A stretch of 64,000 nt of DNA from Candidatus Saccharimonadales bacterium (lineage in GTDB: Bacteria > Patescibacteriota > Saccharimonadia > Saccharimonadales > UBA4665): positions 2,560-66,559 of the forward strand of contig JBIOIO010000004.1 of the NCBI GenBank assembly GCA_044449925.1, written 5' to 3'. The position numbers and the translations under genes are program-made. This document shows positions 51,729-60,797 of this stretch, piece after piece. Each line of letters starts with the position of its first letter. Within the stretch, counting starts at the first letter, position 1. The notes below the pieces were generated by a model. It had not been told where the DNA came from. It worked only from the letters and a program-made list of their open reading frames with translations, and did not search any database.

Positions 51729-54524
51729 CTAGCTACAGCCTGTTGTACTACCGCAACTCGTACATACGTAGCAGCTTCCTGAGCGCTGTGTCTGGTTTCC
51801 ACAGTTGTAGCAAAGCGGAGCCGTAGATGAGCTTGAAGATGTTGAACGCTTAGGCTCAACGGAGTCGTCTGGTTTGTGAACGTGAACTTTTTCGACAGGT
51901 GCTTCAGCTACCGGTTCTGGTGTGGTCAATTTGCTTGTCTCTTCTGAAGGTGATCCAACACTCTCAAGTAGCGTAGTTTGAACCTCAGGCATGTCCTCTA
52001 TGTCTGCCATACCTAGTTCTAGACGATCATCAAAGCTTAGATAGGTCATTGCTAGCCGACGGAAGATATAATCTACGAGACTTGATGCCGTTCGAATATC
52101 TGGATCATCAGTTATACCGTTAGGCGCAAAGCTCATGTGACTTAAACCTTTTACATATGTCTTGAGTGGCACACCATATTGCAGCCCGTAGCTTACTGAG
52201 CGTGCAAATGAGTCCATTAGCCCTGCCAGTGTTGATCCCATTTTCGCTATATTGATGAACACTTCACCTGGAGTGCCGTCTTCATACTCACCTACCGTTA
52301 CGTATCCATGGCTGTCAGAAACAGTAAAAGAAAACGTTTTAGCTGCTCGTACTTTTGGCAGAGGTTTACGAACTGTGCCCCTAACTACATAAGCTTCAGG
52401 TGCTTCTTGTGCTGTAGTCTCTGCAACTTTTTCTTCAGACCCGGCTTTTTTAGCCATGCTTAGAGGTTGTGCTACCTTACAGTTGTCACGGTAAATCGCT
52501 ATAGCCTTGATTCCCATCTTCCAGGCATCAATATGAAGCTTCTCTATTTCCTCGACGTCTACCTCTTCTGGCATATTAACTGTTTTACTAATTGCACCGC
52601 TAATAAATGGCTGAACTGCGGCCATCATTTTTACATGTCCTAGATAGTGAATTGAGTTATCGCCCATTGAACAAGCAAAGACTGCCTCGTGTTCTTTCTT
52701 CAGATCCGGAGCACCTAGAATACTCTTTTCCTCGTCAATGTAATTTACAATTGCATCGATCTGCTTCTGAGTGTAGCCCAAAATCTTAAGAGCCCTTGGT
52801 ACGGTTTGGTTTACAATCTGCATTGTTCCACCACCGACCAATTTCTTTACTTTGACAAGTCCAAGATCAGGCTCAATACCAGTAGTGTCACAGTCCATCA
52901 TGAGACCGATCGTACCAGTTGGAGCAAGTACGCTTGCTTGAGAGTTTCTAACCCCGTATAACTCCCCTAGTTCTACTGCTTCATCCCAAGCATTTGCTGC
53001 AGCGCTTAACAACTCTTCAGGTACAAGACTGGCGTCTATCTTCGAAACTTCGCTTCTATGCATGCGTAATACATTAAGCATTCCTTCACGATCTTTTGAG
53101 AAACCTGCAAATGGACCTACTCTATTCGCTATTTTGGCGCTGGTTGCGTACGACTGGCCCGTTAGAAGCGCAGTGATAGCAGCAGCTATGGCTCGTCCCT
53201 CATCTGAATCATATGGCAAACCAAGAGCCATGAGTAGAGCACCTATATTTGCATACCCAATACCAAGCTCTCGATATGCCTTGGCATTCTTGCCTATGCT
53301 CTCCGTTGGATACTCACTGTAACCTACAAGAATTTCTTGGGCAGTAAATATTAGCTCGGTCGTGTGTATGAAAGCCTTTATATCAAAGGTGTTATCTTCT
53401 TTTAGAAACTTCAGAAGGTTAAGACTTGCAAGATTACATGCTGAGTTATCTAGGTGCATATATTCACTACAAGGGTTGGAGCCATTTATGCGCCCAGCAT
53501 TTGGTGTTGTGTGCCATCTGTTAATGGTTGTATCAAACTGCATTCCTGGATCTGCACATTCCCAAGCAGCATCAGCAAATTGCCTAAACAGCTTTCGAGC
53601 TTTAACGGTTTTTACCACTTTTCCGTCCGTAACCGCCCTTAACTGCCAGTCTGCGTCGTCTTCTACGGCTTGCATAAATTCGTCTGTTACTCTGACCGAT
53701 ATATTAGCGTTCTGGTATTGAACGCTAAATGAATCTTTACCATCAAGACTCATATCCCAGCCAAGTGTCTGTAGATCACGAGCTTTTCGTTCCTCAATTG
53801 CCTTACTCCAAATGAACTCTTCAACATCGGGGTGATCAACGTTTAAAATAACCATTTTTGCTGCTCGTCTTGTCTTACCGCCACTCTTAATTGCGCCGGC
53901 ACTGGCATCAGCACCACGCATAAAGCTTAACGGCCCACTGGCGGTACCAGCGCTCTTGCCAAGTCGCTCCAGGCTTGAGCGAATAGGACTAATGTTAATA
54001 CCACTACCACTACCACCCTTAAAAATCATGCCCTCTTCGACATACCAATTAAGAATCGATGGCATTGTGTCTTGAATTCCGAGAATGAAACATGCGCTTG
54101 CTTGCTGCGCTCGTTCTTTTGCCCCTATATTAAACCAAACCGGACTGTTAAATGCAGCCCTTTGTGTGGCCAAAATATATTTTAGCTCTTCACGAAAATC
54201 CTCTGTTTCTACATCGCTGCTAAAGTACCCTTCCTGTTGACCATGACGTGTTATCGTATCGACGACGCGATCAATAAGTGTTTTGAGAGAGGCCTCACGG
54301 TTTTTTGTCCCTGGTGTGCCAGTAAAATACTTTTGTGCAACAATATTTATTGCATTAAGTGACCATCCCTCCGGAAACTCCACTCCCTTTTGTTCAAATA
54401 CAGGAGTATCGGTCATAGGATTTTTAATAATTGAATCTCGCTTCGACCACTTTAACTGATCGTATGCTTTACTTTTTGCGGGGGTAAAAAGCCGAGCCAT
54501 CCCCAGGCTAGTTGTTTGTGCCAT
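51729..54524 (-). CDS. nrdJ: class II (adenosylcobalamin-dependent) ribonucleotide reductase
   Basis: 931 aa. The N-terminus (VFEQKGVEFPEGWSLNAINIVAQKYF) and core (NPCSEY, catalytic Cys loop) match B12-dependent RNRs. Cys-rich C-terminal tail CYNCG...CYVCTSCG. Confidence 0.93.
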   Translation of the reverse strand: MAQTTSLGMARLFTPAKSKAYDQLKWSKRDSIIKNPMTDTPVFEQKGVEFPEGWSLNAINIVAQKYFTGTPGTKNREASLKTLIDRVVDTITRHGQQEGYFSSDVETEDFREELKYILATQRAAFNSPVWFNIGAKERAQQASACFILGIQDTMPSILNWYVEEGMIFKGGSGSGINISPIRSSLERLGKSAGTASGPLSFMRGADASAGAIKSGGKTRRAAKMVILNVDHPDVEEFIWSKAIEERKARDLQTLGWDMSLDGKDSFSVQYQNANISVRVTDEFMQAVEDDADWQLRAVTDGKVVKTVKARKLFRQFADAAWECADPGMQFDTTINRWHTTPNAGRINGSNPCSEYMHLDNSACNLASLNLLKFLKEDNTFDIKAFIHTTELIFTAQEILVGYSEYPTESIGKNAKAYRELGIGYANIGALLMALGLPYDSDEGRAIAAAITALLTGQSYATSAKIANRVGPFAGFSKDREGMLNVLRMHRSEVSKIDASLVPEELLSAAANAWDEAVELGELYGVRNSQASVLAPTGTIGLMMDCDTTGIEPDLGLVKVKKLVGGGTMQIVNQTVPRALKILGYTQKQIDAIVNYIDEEKSILGAPDLKKEHEAVFACSMGDNSIHYLGHVKMMAAVQPFISGAISKTVNMPEEVDVEEIEKLHIDAWKMGIKAIAIYRDNCKVAQPLSMAKKAGSEEKVAETTAQEAPEAYVVRGTVRKPLPKVRAAKTFSFTVSDSHGYVTVGEYEDGTPGEVFINIAKMGSTLAGLMDSFARSVSYGLQYGVPLKTYVKGLSHMSFAPNGITDDPDIRTASSLVDYIFRRLAMTYLSFDDRLELGMADIEDMPEVQTTLLESVGSPSEETSKLTTPEPVAEAPVEKVHVHKPDDSVEPKRSTSSSSSTAPLCYNCGNQTQRSGSCYVCTSCGSTTGCS

Positions 54525-54680
54525 AGTGTTTCCCTCTTTCTTACTACCACATTCTACTGTAGGTAGATTCCACTATTGTTAGTTTTGTTAATGTTTGTTT
54601 AGAGTTCTTTGCGGGATCTTAGTATCCGTCTCTCAACTCAGATACTTATCCCTGAGCTCTCTACGATCCCCTAGCTTCAA

Positions 54681-54709
54681 AAAGTAATGAAACCGAAGAG
54701 AGCTGTCAA
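54681..54709 (-). promoter_or_regulatory. sigma70-like promoter for nrdJ
   Basis: Minus strand: TTGACA (54709-54704), a 17-nt spacer, then TACTTT (54686-54681). This predicts a leader of about 150 nt. Confidence 0.45.
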
Positions 54710-54715
54710 AATCCA

Positions 54716-55195
54716 TTATGCTTTGACTTCTGTAACAATATGCTTACCTTGCTTCACTAAGGAGAGTTCTTGTTCAAAACCCGCTATATCCTTAAAGCGT
54801 CTGTAGACACTAGCAAAGCGTACATATGCTACTTCATTTAGACGTGCTAGCTGATCCATTACCAATTCGCCGATTTTCTTAGAATCTACCTCTTGCTCAC
54901 CACATGCATATAGCTCTTGTTCAATAGAGTCTACGACTTTCTCTAGCTCAAGACTTGTCACTACAGTCTTCTCACATGCCCTATATAGTCCTGCGAGCAG
55001 CTTTGTACGATTGAATAGTTCACGCGTTCCATCATTCTTTATAACAATGAGCTGCGGGCGTTCTAATCTTTCATATGTCGTAAACCGATGACCACATCGA
55101 TTACACATGCGGCGGCGACGAATGGCTTGACCCTCTGCAACATCCCGTGACTCAATCACCTTGATGTCGTCACTTTGGCATTGTGTGCATTTCAT
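54716..55195 (-). CDS. nrdR: transcriptional repressor NrdR (Zn-ribbon plus ATP-cone)
   Basis: 159 aa. MKCTQCQS...MCNRCGHRFTTYERLE zinc ribbon, then an ATP-cone. AAGGAGG SD. Confidence 0.93.
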   Translation of the reverse strand: MKCTQCQSDDIKVIESRDVAEGQAIRRRRMCNRCGHRFTTYERLERPQLIVIKNDGTRELFNRTKLLAGLYRACEKTVVTSLELEKVVDSIEQELYACGEQEVDSKKIGELVMDQLARLNEVAYVRFASVYRRFKDIAGFEQELSLVKQGKHIVTEVKA

Positions 55196-55340
55196 GCCGC
55201 CTCCTTATGGAAGGGATGATAGCAAATTTATATTAATAATGAATTATCGATATAAATTTACATTCCCTTTTTCGTTAAATGTGCTCAGCATTTTCTTATA
55301 TGTGTTTGTTATTTTTCCACATATAGTGCTGTGTGCTCTT

Positions 55341-55369
55341 AATATAGCCCCAGCTGTAGCGTTTTGCAA
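55341..55369 (-). promoter_or_regulatory. sigma70-like promoter for nrdR with an adjacent NrdR-box-like AT-rich element
   Basis: Minus strand: TTGCAA (55369-55364), a 17-nt spacer, then TATATT (55346-55341). Just downstream lie CACACAGCACTATATGTGG and ACAAACACATATAAG, which only loosely resemble the acaCwAtATaTwGtgt NrdR box. Confidence 0.4.
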
Positions 55370-55438
55370 GTATATTAACGCTGTATTATTTAGTACAGGA
55401 TTCTAGATAAATCTAATAGAAATTAAGATGAAAGCTGT

Positions 55439-56797
55439 CTAAGATTCGTTGTCTTTATTGTCATCATCTTTACGTCGACGTCCCAATCTTCTTAAAAATG
55501 ATGGCTTTTCAAGCTCTTCTTCCAAGTTGCCGCTCACTATATTTTCGGAGCTTGTATCATCGTCATCCTTGTCCTGCTCTTCATGATCCTTTTTAGAGTC
55601 ATTATCATCTTTGTCCTTGTGTTCTGAATCCTCGTCATCTTCGTGTATGGACCAGATATTGGGCATAGGCGAATCACTATTAAAGTCATGCTCCCCTGGT
55701 CCTTCGTCATCGCCCAGATTCATATCTATTTCTGAAAGCGCCTTATCGTCCTGCTTAGAAGTAGAAGTAGCACCTAAATCACTCTTACTTCTATTTAAGA
55801 GCAGCTTGCCTGTAGTTTCTGGGTCTCTTTTTGCATAGTATGATGCATCAAAACCAGTAGCTACTACAGTTATTATGACTTCTCCCTCTAGATCAGGATT
55901 GATAGTAGCACCAAAGATTATATTAGCGTCTGGGTCTGCTGCACTCGTAATTGTTTCAGCTGCCGTGTTAATTTCGTGCATAGACAGATCATTCCCACCA
56001 ATGACGTTGAATAGAATGCCTCTGGCGCCGTCAATAGAGACTTCAAGCAAAGGTGATTCAATAGCCTGTTTTGCAGCTTCTACAGCCCTGTTGTCTCCAC
56101 TTGCTCGACCAATACCCATTAGTGCTGATCCGGCCTTTGTCATTACTGTCTTTACGTCAGCAAAGTCGAGGTTAATTAGACCATGTACGGTAATCAGATC
56201 TGAGATTCCTTGAACTCCTTGTCTGAGTACGTCGTCCGCTACCTTAAATGCCTCCATTAAAGGCGTGTCTCGATCAATTGTCTGTAATAGACGATCATTT
56301 GGAATAATAATTAGAGTATCGACTGACTTACGAAGTTTATCTATCGCAATGTCTGCATTTTTACGTCGCTTTTCTCCTTCAAACGCAAAAGGTTTAGTTG
56401 CAAAACCAACCACCAAAATATCGAGTCCTTGAGCAATTTCAGCCACTACATGACCTGCGCCACTACCTGTTCCACCTCCGGCGCCAATAGTCACAAAGAC
56501 CATATCTGCGCCCTCTATGGCCTGTTTTATCTCTTCCTTCGATTCAGTCGCAGCAAGCTCACCCATAGCCGGATCGGCTCCAGCACCCAAGCCTTTAGTT
56601 ACATCTTTACCTATATGAATTTTTACGCTCGCTTTTGAATGATGAAGTGCTTGTGCATCGGTGTTAATTGCGATGAACTGTACATTTTCAATTCCCGCCT
56701 CAACCATACGATTGATTGCTGCGCCACCCGCACCACCAACTCCAATTACTTTTATCTGAGCAAATGTCTCGATAGCTGGCTCAACGACCTCTGGCAT
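55439..56797 (-). CDS. ftsZ: cell division protein FtsZ
   Basis: The ATG at 56797 ([31 protein letters not shown]) is preceded by AAGGGGAAG. Tubulin signature GGGTGSG. A long acidic linker, then the conserved C-terminal peptide PSFLRRL. The track ORF start (56851) is probably too far upstream. Confidence 0.96.
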   Translation of the reverse strand: MPEVVEPAIETFAQIKVIGVGGAGGAAINRMVEAGIENVQFIAINTDAQALHHSKASVKIHIGKDVTKGLGAGADPAMGELAATESKEEIKQAIEGADMVFVTIGAGGGTGSGAGHVVAEIAQGLDILVVGFATKPFAFEGEKRRKNADIAIDKLRKSVDTLIIIPNDRLLQTIDRDTPLMEAFKVADDVLRQGVQGISDLITVHGLINLDFADVKTVMTKAGSALMGIGRASGDNRAVEAAKQAIESPLLEVSIDGARGILFNVIGGNDLSMHEINTAAETITSAADPDANIIFGATINPDLEGEVIITVVATGFDASYYAKRDPETTGKLLLNRSKSDLGATSTSKQDDKALSEIDMNLGDDEGPGEHDFNSDSPMPNIWSIHEDDEDSEHKDKDDNDSKKDHEEQDKDDDDTSSENIVSGNLEEELEKPSFLRRLGRRRKDDDNKDNES

Positions 56798-56836
56798 AAT
56801 CTTCCCCTTAAGAACATATAAGTTGTTATGCAGCAT

Positions 56837-56865
56837 AGTATACGCGAGCAATCTGTAAAGTTCAA
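56837..56865 (-). promoter_or_regulatory. sigma70-like promoter for ftsZ
   Basis: Minus strand: TTGAAC (56865-56860), a 17-nt spacer, then TATACT (56842-56837). Confidence 0.45.
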
Positions 56866-57000
56866 TGAATTTATACAGGCATTTTTTGGGTATCTACGTA
56901 CAAAATCCTATATGTACATTAATGTGCACATAGACTAATATGATGTTATTAAAACTACGAGAAAATATAAATTTTTGTGTTCGATTGAATATTTACAGAT
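56851..57000. repeat. 150-bp element bounded by imperfect 16/17-bp inverted repeats, with nested short palindromes (ftsA-ftsZ spacer)
   Basis: The left arm ATCTGTAAAGTTCAAT (56851-56866) is the reverse complement of the right arm ATTGAATATTTACAGAT (56984-57000), apart from a 1-versus-2-nt mismatch between the 9-bp and 6-bp matched blocks. Inside are TACGTA (56896-56901), ATGTACAT (56912-56919) and ATGTGCACAT (56922-56931). Confidence 0.6.
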
Positions 57001-57029
57001 GGTTCGTACTAATATCTCAGCTTTTTATA

Positions 57030-58253
57030 CTATTTTCTAAATCGAGAAAATACACTACCAAGCAAAGCGCTAGCTTTTTGACCTGTGCGTGTGCTCGAAT
57101 TCGGAGGAAGCGATGGTAATAAAAGCATATCCAATAACATAAGTCCTACAACAGTTATATAGCTAGGATCGGCAACTGTATCTGCTAAACCGCCTATGTT
57201 TTGAAGTTTCCCGGTACGTGCGGGTAGTTGTAATTTTTGCTTCGCTAATTCTTCAATTCCAGGTAATTTAGCTGTGCCGCCTGTAATGACTATTCCGCCG
57301 GGTAGTTTTCGAGACCGTTTTATTTTCTGTAATTCCTTATCAACGTACTCAAGTAACTCCTCAACGCGTGCTTCAACAATCAGATGAATCTCTTCAAAGG
57401 CAAAAGTTACTGACTTACCATTTATTTTTACAGTCACGTCGCTTTTTCGAACATCCGGCTTTACAGAGGCATGATGAATCTTAACTTCTTCAGCTATATC
57501 TAAATCTGTTTTAAGACCGATGGCTAGGTCATTGGTAATGTGCTGTCCTCCCATAGGAATTACAGCCACATACTGCACTTCACCGTCTTCAAAAACGATA
57601 ATATTTGTCGTACCAGCACCTATATCGATTAAGGCCGTCCCCGCCTCTTTCTGCTGTCTGGTCAGTACAGCTTCGGCAGCCGCTAATCCAGAAACCGTAT
57701 GGTGTGTTGCTTGGATTTGAGCTTTTTCTAACGCCATATCCAGATTACGAAGGTTCGGAGTAGCTGCAGTTACAATGTGCGCATCAACCTCAAGACGCAC
57801 CCCGTGCATTCCAACAGGATCCTTAATATTTCTCTGACCATCAAGACTATAACTCTTGGCGAAGAACTGCACGATTTCCCTGTTAGGAGGTATGCTCACA
57901 ATAGTTGCAGCCTCCTCAACACGCAACCTATCTTCAGCGGTTATCTCACGATTTGGAGCACTTATAGCAATTACACCCTCTGAATTTAGTCCACTTATAT
58001 GTGAGCCGTTAACATTCACCGTTGCATGCTTAATAGACATCCCTGAAATACGCTCAGCTTCTGTAACAGCTTGGACAATTGATTGGGTTACATCGTCTAC
58101 GTGAACAACCGCACCGCGCCTCATTCCCTGATTTGGAGCCTGTCCATGGCCTATTATAGAAGGAGCACTGCTACCGTTTGGATCAAAGCTCCCCACAACA
58201 CAACGAACCATGCTCGTACCGATATCTAGACCAACAAATTGTTCAGGTTTCAT
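57030..58253 (-). CDS. ftsA: cell division protein FtsA
   Basis: 407 aa. Actin-fold phosphate-1 motif VGLDIGTSMVRCVVG and a C-terminal amphipathic tail. Confidence 0.93.
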   Translation of the reverse strand: MKPEQFVGLDIGTSMVRCVVGSFDPNGSSAPSIIGHGQAPNQGMRRGAVVHVDDVTQSIVQAVTEAERISGMSIKHATVNVNGSHISGLNSEGVIAISAPNREITAEDRLRVEEAATIVSIPPNREIVQFFAKSYSLDGQRNIKDPVGMHGVRLEVDAHIVTAATPNLRNLDMALEKAQIQATHHTVSGLAAAEAVLTRQQKEAGTALIDIGAGTTNIIVFEDGEVQYVAVIPMGGQHITNDLAIGLKTDLDIAEEVKIHHASVKPDVRKSDVTVKINGKSVTFAFEEIHLIVEARVEELLEYVDKELQKIKRSRKLPGGIVITGGTAKLPGIEELAKQKLQLPARTGKLQNIGGLADTVADPSYITVVGLMLLDMLLLPSLPPNSSTRTGQKASALLGSVFSRFRK

Positions 58254-58298
58254 CTGTGCAACAGTATAGCGCTATTGTTTCCCGATAGGCAAATCGAG

Positions 58299-59054
58299 CT
58301 AAGCTGTTGTTAGTATTTCTGCCCCTGTTTCAGTAATTAACACAGAGTGCTCAAAATGGGCCGAATAAGATCCGTCAGCAGTCAGCACTGTCCAGCCATC
58401 ATTGGCAATATATACCTTATCGGTTCCCAGTGTCACCATAGGCTCAATTGCTATCGTCATATTCGCATCAAGCCAAGGTCCAGTGTTTTTCCTACCATAA
58501 TTTGGTATGTTTGGATCTTCGTGTACATCATGACCAACTCCGTGACCTACCAAATCTTTTACTATTCCATATTGTCTATGCTTCAGAGAATCTTCCACGG
58601 CAAAACCAATGTCTCCTGTACGTACTTTGTCATGCACCGCTTCAATGCCAGCGTATAATGCTGCTTCCGTATCTTTCACAAGACGAATATGGCCATTCTG
58701 TTTTGGTCTTCCGGCTATAACACTTATTGCTGCATCAGTTATCATACCCTGATATTTGACACCAAAATCCAGTCCGACAATGTCACCTTCAGCAACTATC
58801 TTTGAAGACTTTGGTATACCGTGAACAACCTCGTCATTTATAGATATACAAATAACGTCAGGAAATCCTTGATAGCCTAAAAATGCAGCTTCTCCTCCAA
58901 GCTTATTAAGTTCGCTCTTAGCAATATCCGCTAAATCTTTGGTTGTCATTCCAACCTCAAGAGTATTTTTAAGAATTTCGAGGACGGTCGCCAGCATCCT
59001 GCCGCTCTCCCGCATGGACCTGATCTCCTGCGCCGTTTTTACGCGCGTAATCAT
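58299..59054 (-). CDS. map: type I methionine aminopeptidase
   Basis: 251 aa. Metal ligands in DIVGLDFG, HGVGH and EHSV contexts. Confidence 0.95.
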   Translation of the reverse strand: MITRVKTAQEIRSMRESGRMLATVLEILKNTLEVGMTTKDLADIAKSELNKLGGEAAFLGYQGFPDVICISINDEVVHGIPKSSKIVAEGDIVGLDFGVKYQGMITDAAISVIAGRPKQNGHIRLVKDTEAALYAGIEAVHDKVRTGDIGFAVEDSLKHRQYGIVKDLVGHGVGHDVHEDPNIPNYGRKNTGPWLDANMTIAIEPMVTLGTDKVYIANDGWTVLTADGSYSAHFEHSVLITETGAEILTTA

Positions 59055-59608
59055 TAGTCGCTCGTTGTTATTTGGGCTAATTGAAGACTCTTGACCATTT
59101 CTGCATTAACTTCTTCAACACTGCGTTCTGCGTCAATATTTAAGACTTTTACCCTATTATTCTCAAGCCAGGCCAGTAATGGTGTCGTTGAGGTTTCGTA
59201 TTCTTTAAATCTTGCATCTATGGCGTCGTTTGTATCATCAATTCGTGCCCGATCTATTAGACGTTTTCGAACCGCATCACTAGATGCCCGTAAGTGAAGT
59301 GCTATATCAACACTGAATCTTCCGCTTTTCTGCTGTTCTATTAACCATTCCGCCTGAGGTATGGTTCGAGGAAAACCGTCTAGAATAATAGATTTACTAT
59401 CATCGATTGATGAGAGAACCTTATCTACTATAGATATAACTTCTGTGTCGTCCAGCAGTTCTCCATTTAGCATTCGTTTTCTCTGATCACCAGTAACATA
59501 CATCCGGACAATATCGCCCATGGATATAAGATGAAAACCATACCGGTCAGCAAGCATTTTTCCTTGTGTTCCCTTGCCAGAACCTGCAATCCCCATAAGT
59601 AATATCAT
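59054..59608 (-). CDS. adk: adenylate kinase (short type, no zinc lid)
   Basis: 184 aa. P-loop GIAGSGKGTQ and DGFPRT. Confidence 0.9.
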   Translation of the reverse strand: MILLMGIAGSGKGTQGKMLADRYGFHLISMGDIVRMYVTGDQRKRMLNGELLDDTEVISIVDKVLSSIDDSKSIILDGFPRTIPQAEWLIEQQKSGRFSVDIALHLRASSDAVRKRLIDRARIDDTNDAIDARFKEYETSTTPLLAWLENNRVKVLNIDAERSVEEVNAEMVKSLQLAQITTSD

Positions 59609-60057
59609 TTTGAAAGCTTTTCCTTAACTACCCGAGCTATCATAGCCCCGTCTGCTGCGGGACCAGCAGCTTGCCGAACTTTACCTATTACTTGGCCCAT
59701 AGCCTGAATACCATTTGCCCCTGTTTCTTCAATAGCTTTATCTATTAGTGCAACTATCTCTTCTTCGGATAGTTGAGCAGGCAAATATGATTCAATTAAA
59801 GCTTTTTCTTCGAGTTCTTTATCGGCCATTTCTTTGTTTCCACCCTGTACGTATAAATCAGCACTTTCTTGTCGCTTTTTTGCCTCTTTAGCCAGGACCG
59901 TAATTACCTCGTCATCTCCAAGACCTGATTCTCTTTTTCCTGTAGCAACCTTAAGATTTAATAAGACACTTTTAACTTGCCGCAAGGCGCTTACTTTCTT
60001 GGCATCACCTGCTAGCAGGGCGGTCTTAATGTCCTGCTCGATCTTTTCTTCAAGCAT
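59605..60057 (-). CDS. yqeY: GatB/YqeY domain-containing protein
   Basis: 150 aa. IKTALLAGDAKKVSALRQVKSVLLN and YLPAQLSEEEI are typical YqeY. Downstream of rpsU, as in many bacteria. Confidence 0.85.
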   Translation of the reverse strand: MLEEKIEQDIKTALLAGDAKKVSALRQVKSVLLNLKVATGKRESGLGDDEVITVLAKEAKKRQESADLYVQGGNKEMADKELEEKALIESYLPAQLSEEEIVALIDKAIEETGANGIQAMGQVIGKVRQAAGPAADGAMIARVVKEKLSK

Positions 60058-60064
60058 TGTAATA

Positions 60065-60280
60065 TTATCGAAGTCCTAGTTTGATCTTTTTCAACTTAAC
60101 AGTTTTGCGTTCTTGTCGAACTATAGCCTTTCGACGTCGCTCACGCTTGCTTATAGGCTTAAGAAAATACTGGTTTTGCTTAACAGTAGCCATAGTGCCA
60201 GATTGTTGCACCTTACGGTTAAATCGGCGTAGTAAGTTCTCCGTTGATTCTTTTGAATCTTTTCTCGTTACTTGTATCAT
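60065..60280 (-). CDS. rpsU: 30S ribosomal protein S21
   Basis: 71 aa. ENLLRRFNRKVQQSG...KPISKRERRRKA. Confidence 0.9.
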   Translation of the reverse strand: MIQVTRKDSKESTENLLRRFNRKVQQSGTMATVKQNQYFLKPISKRERRRKAIVRQERKTVKLKKIKLGLR

Positions 60281-60323
60281 CAGCTGGTTATTGTACTACA
60301 ACAGGGGTTAGGTTGCAAGCCTA

Positions 60324-60614
60324 CTAGCCTGTTACTCTCTTCTGTTGGGTTGATCGTTGTGATTTTAGCACGATACTTTGCAGCTCACGGAAGATAGGAA
60401 ACTGTTTATTCGTAGAATATACCTTTGTATTTCCCTGGCGTTCGCTTACTAAGAATCCAACTTTTTCAAGTCTTTTAAGTTCTCTCTGAATATTTCCCGC
60501 GTCCTCTTTGATGAGTTTAGCAAGTCCTCGAACGTGTGTCTTGAAATCAGGATATTTTGCATAAATAACAATAATTTTACGTCGAACGCGAGATGTGATG
60601 AAAACGTCTAACAT
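60324..60614 (-). CDS. small winged-helix transcriptional regulator (ArsR/MarR-like fold)
   Basis: 96 aa. VRGLAKLIKEDAGNIQRELKRLEKVGFLVSERQGNTKVY is an HTH followed by a wing pattern. Confidence 0.65.
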   Translation of the reverse strand: MLDVFITSRVRRKIIVIYAKYPDFKTHVRGLAKLIKEDAGNIQRELKRLEKVGFLVSERQGNTKVYSTNKQFPIFRELQSIVLKSQRSTQQKRVTG

Positions 60615-60797
60615 AATTTTATGTACTCCTCTTATTGTTATCCAAACAACGTTAATTCAAGTATAGTCTTGAGCCTAGTGTTTGGCAATACCAATTTTCC
60701 GGTTTTATGTATTGAAATAAATTAATAATTATTTATCCCCGTTAAGCTTAGCGGTAACGGTATACTTGAAGGACTAAATTGACCTATACTAATACCT

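Noticed and set aside
54525-54715. Cobalamin riboswitch in the long leader of the B12-dependent nrdJ.
   Set aside because: No B12-box-like sequence (rAGYCMGgAgaCCkGCc) is visible. B12 riboswitches normally repress B12-independent isozymes or transporters, not nrdJ.
55161-55406. 81-aa plus-strand ORF spanning the nrdR start and its upstream spacer.
   Set aside because: It begins antisense to nrdR. Its hydrophobic, Phe/Leu-rich composition comes from AT-rich promoter DNA. It has no SD, and the region is better explained by the nrdR promoter and leader.
8598-57000. Recurrent T(T/A)TACAGAT motif in five intergenic spots (8598, 33600, 40492, 56851 reverse complement, 56992).
   Set aside because: It contains a -35-like TTTACA or a -10-like TATACA. 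At 33600 it is simply the -35 box of a good promoter. Orientation and spacing relative to genes are inconsistent, so I treat it as promoter-like sequence bias rather than a dedicated regulon motif.
60615-60797. The divergent spacer between the wHTH regulator and priA as a possible origin. Orientation switches from minus to plus here, and TTATCCAAA lies at about 60637.
   Set aside because: The spacer is only 183 bp, with a single imperfect DnaA-like box and no obvious AT-rich unwinding element. Only three plus-strand genes are visible before the window ends. The short inverted repeats there (TTGTT-N5-AACAA, CCGTTA-N10-TAACGG) are more simply explained as operator or promoter elements.
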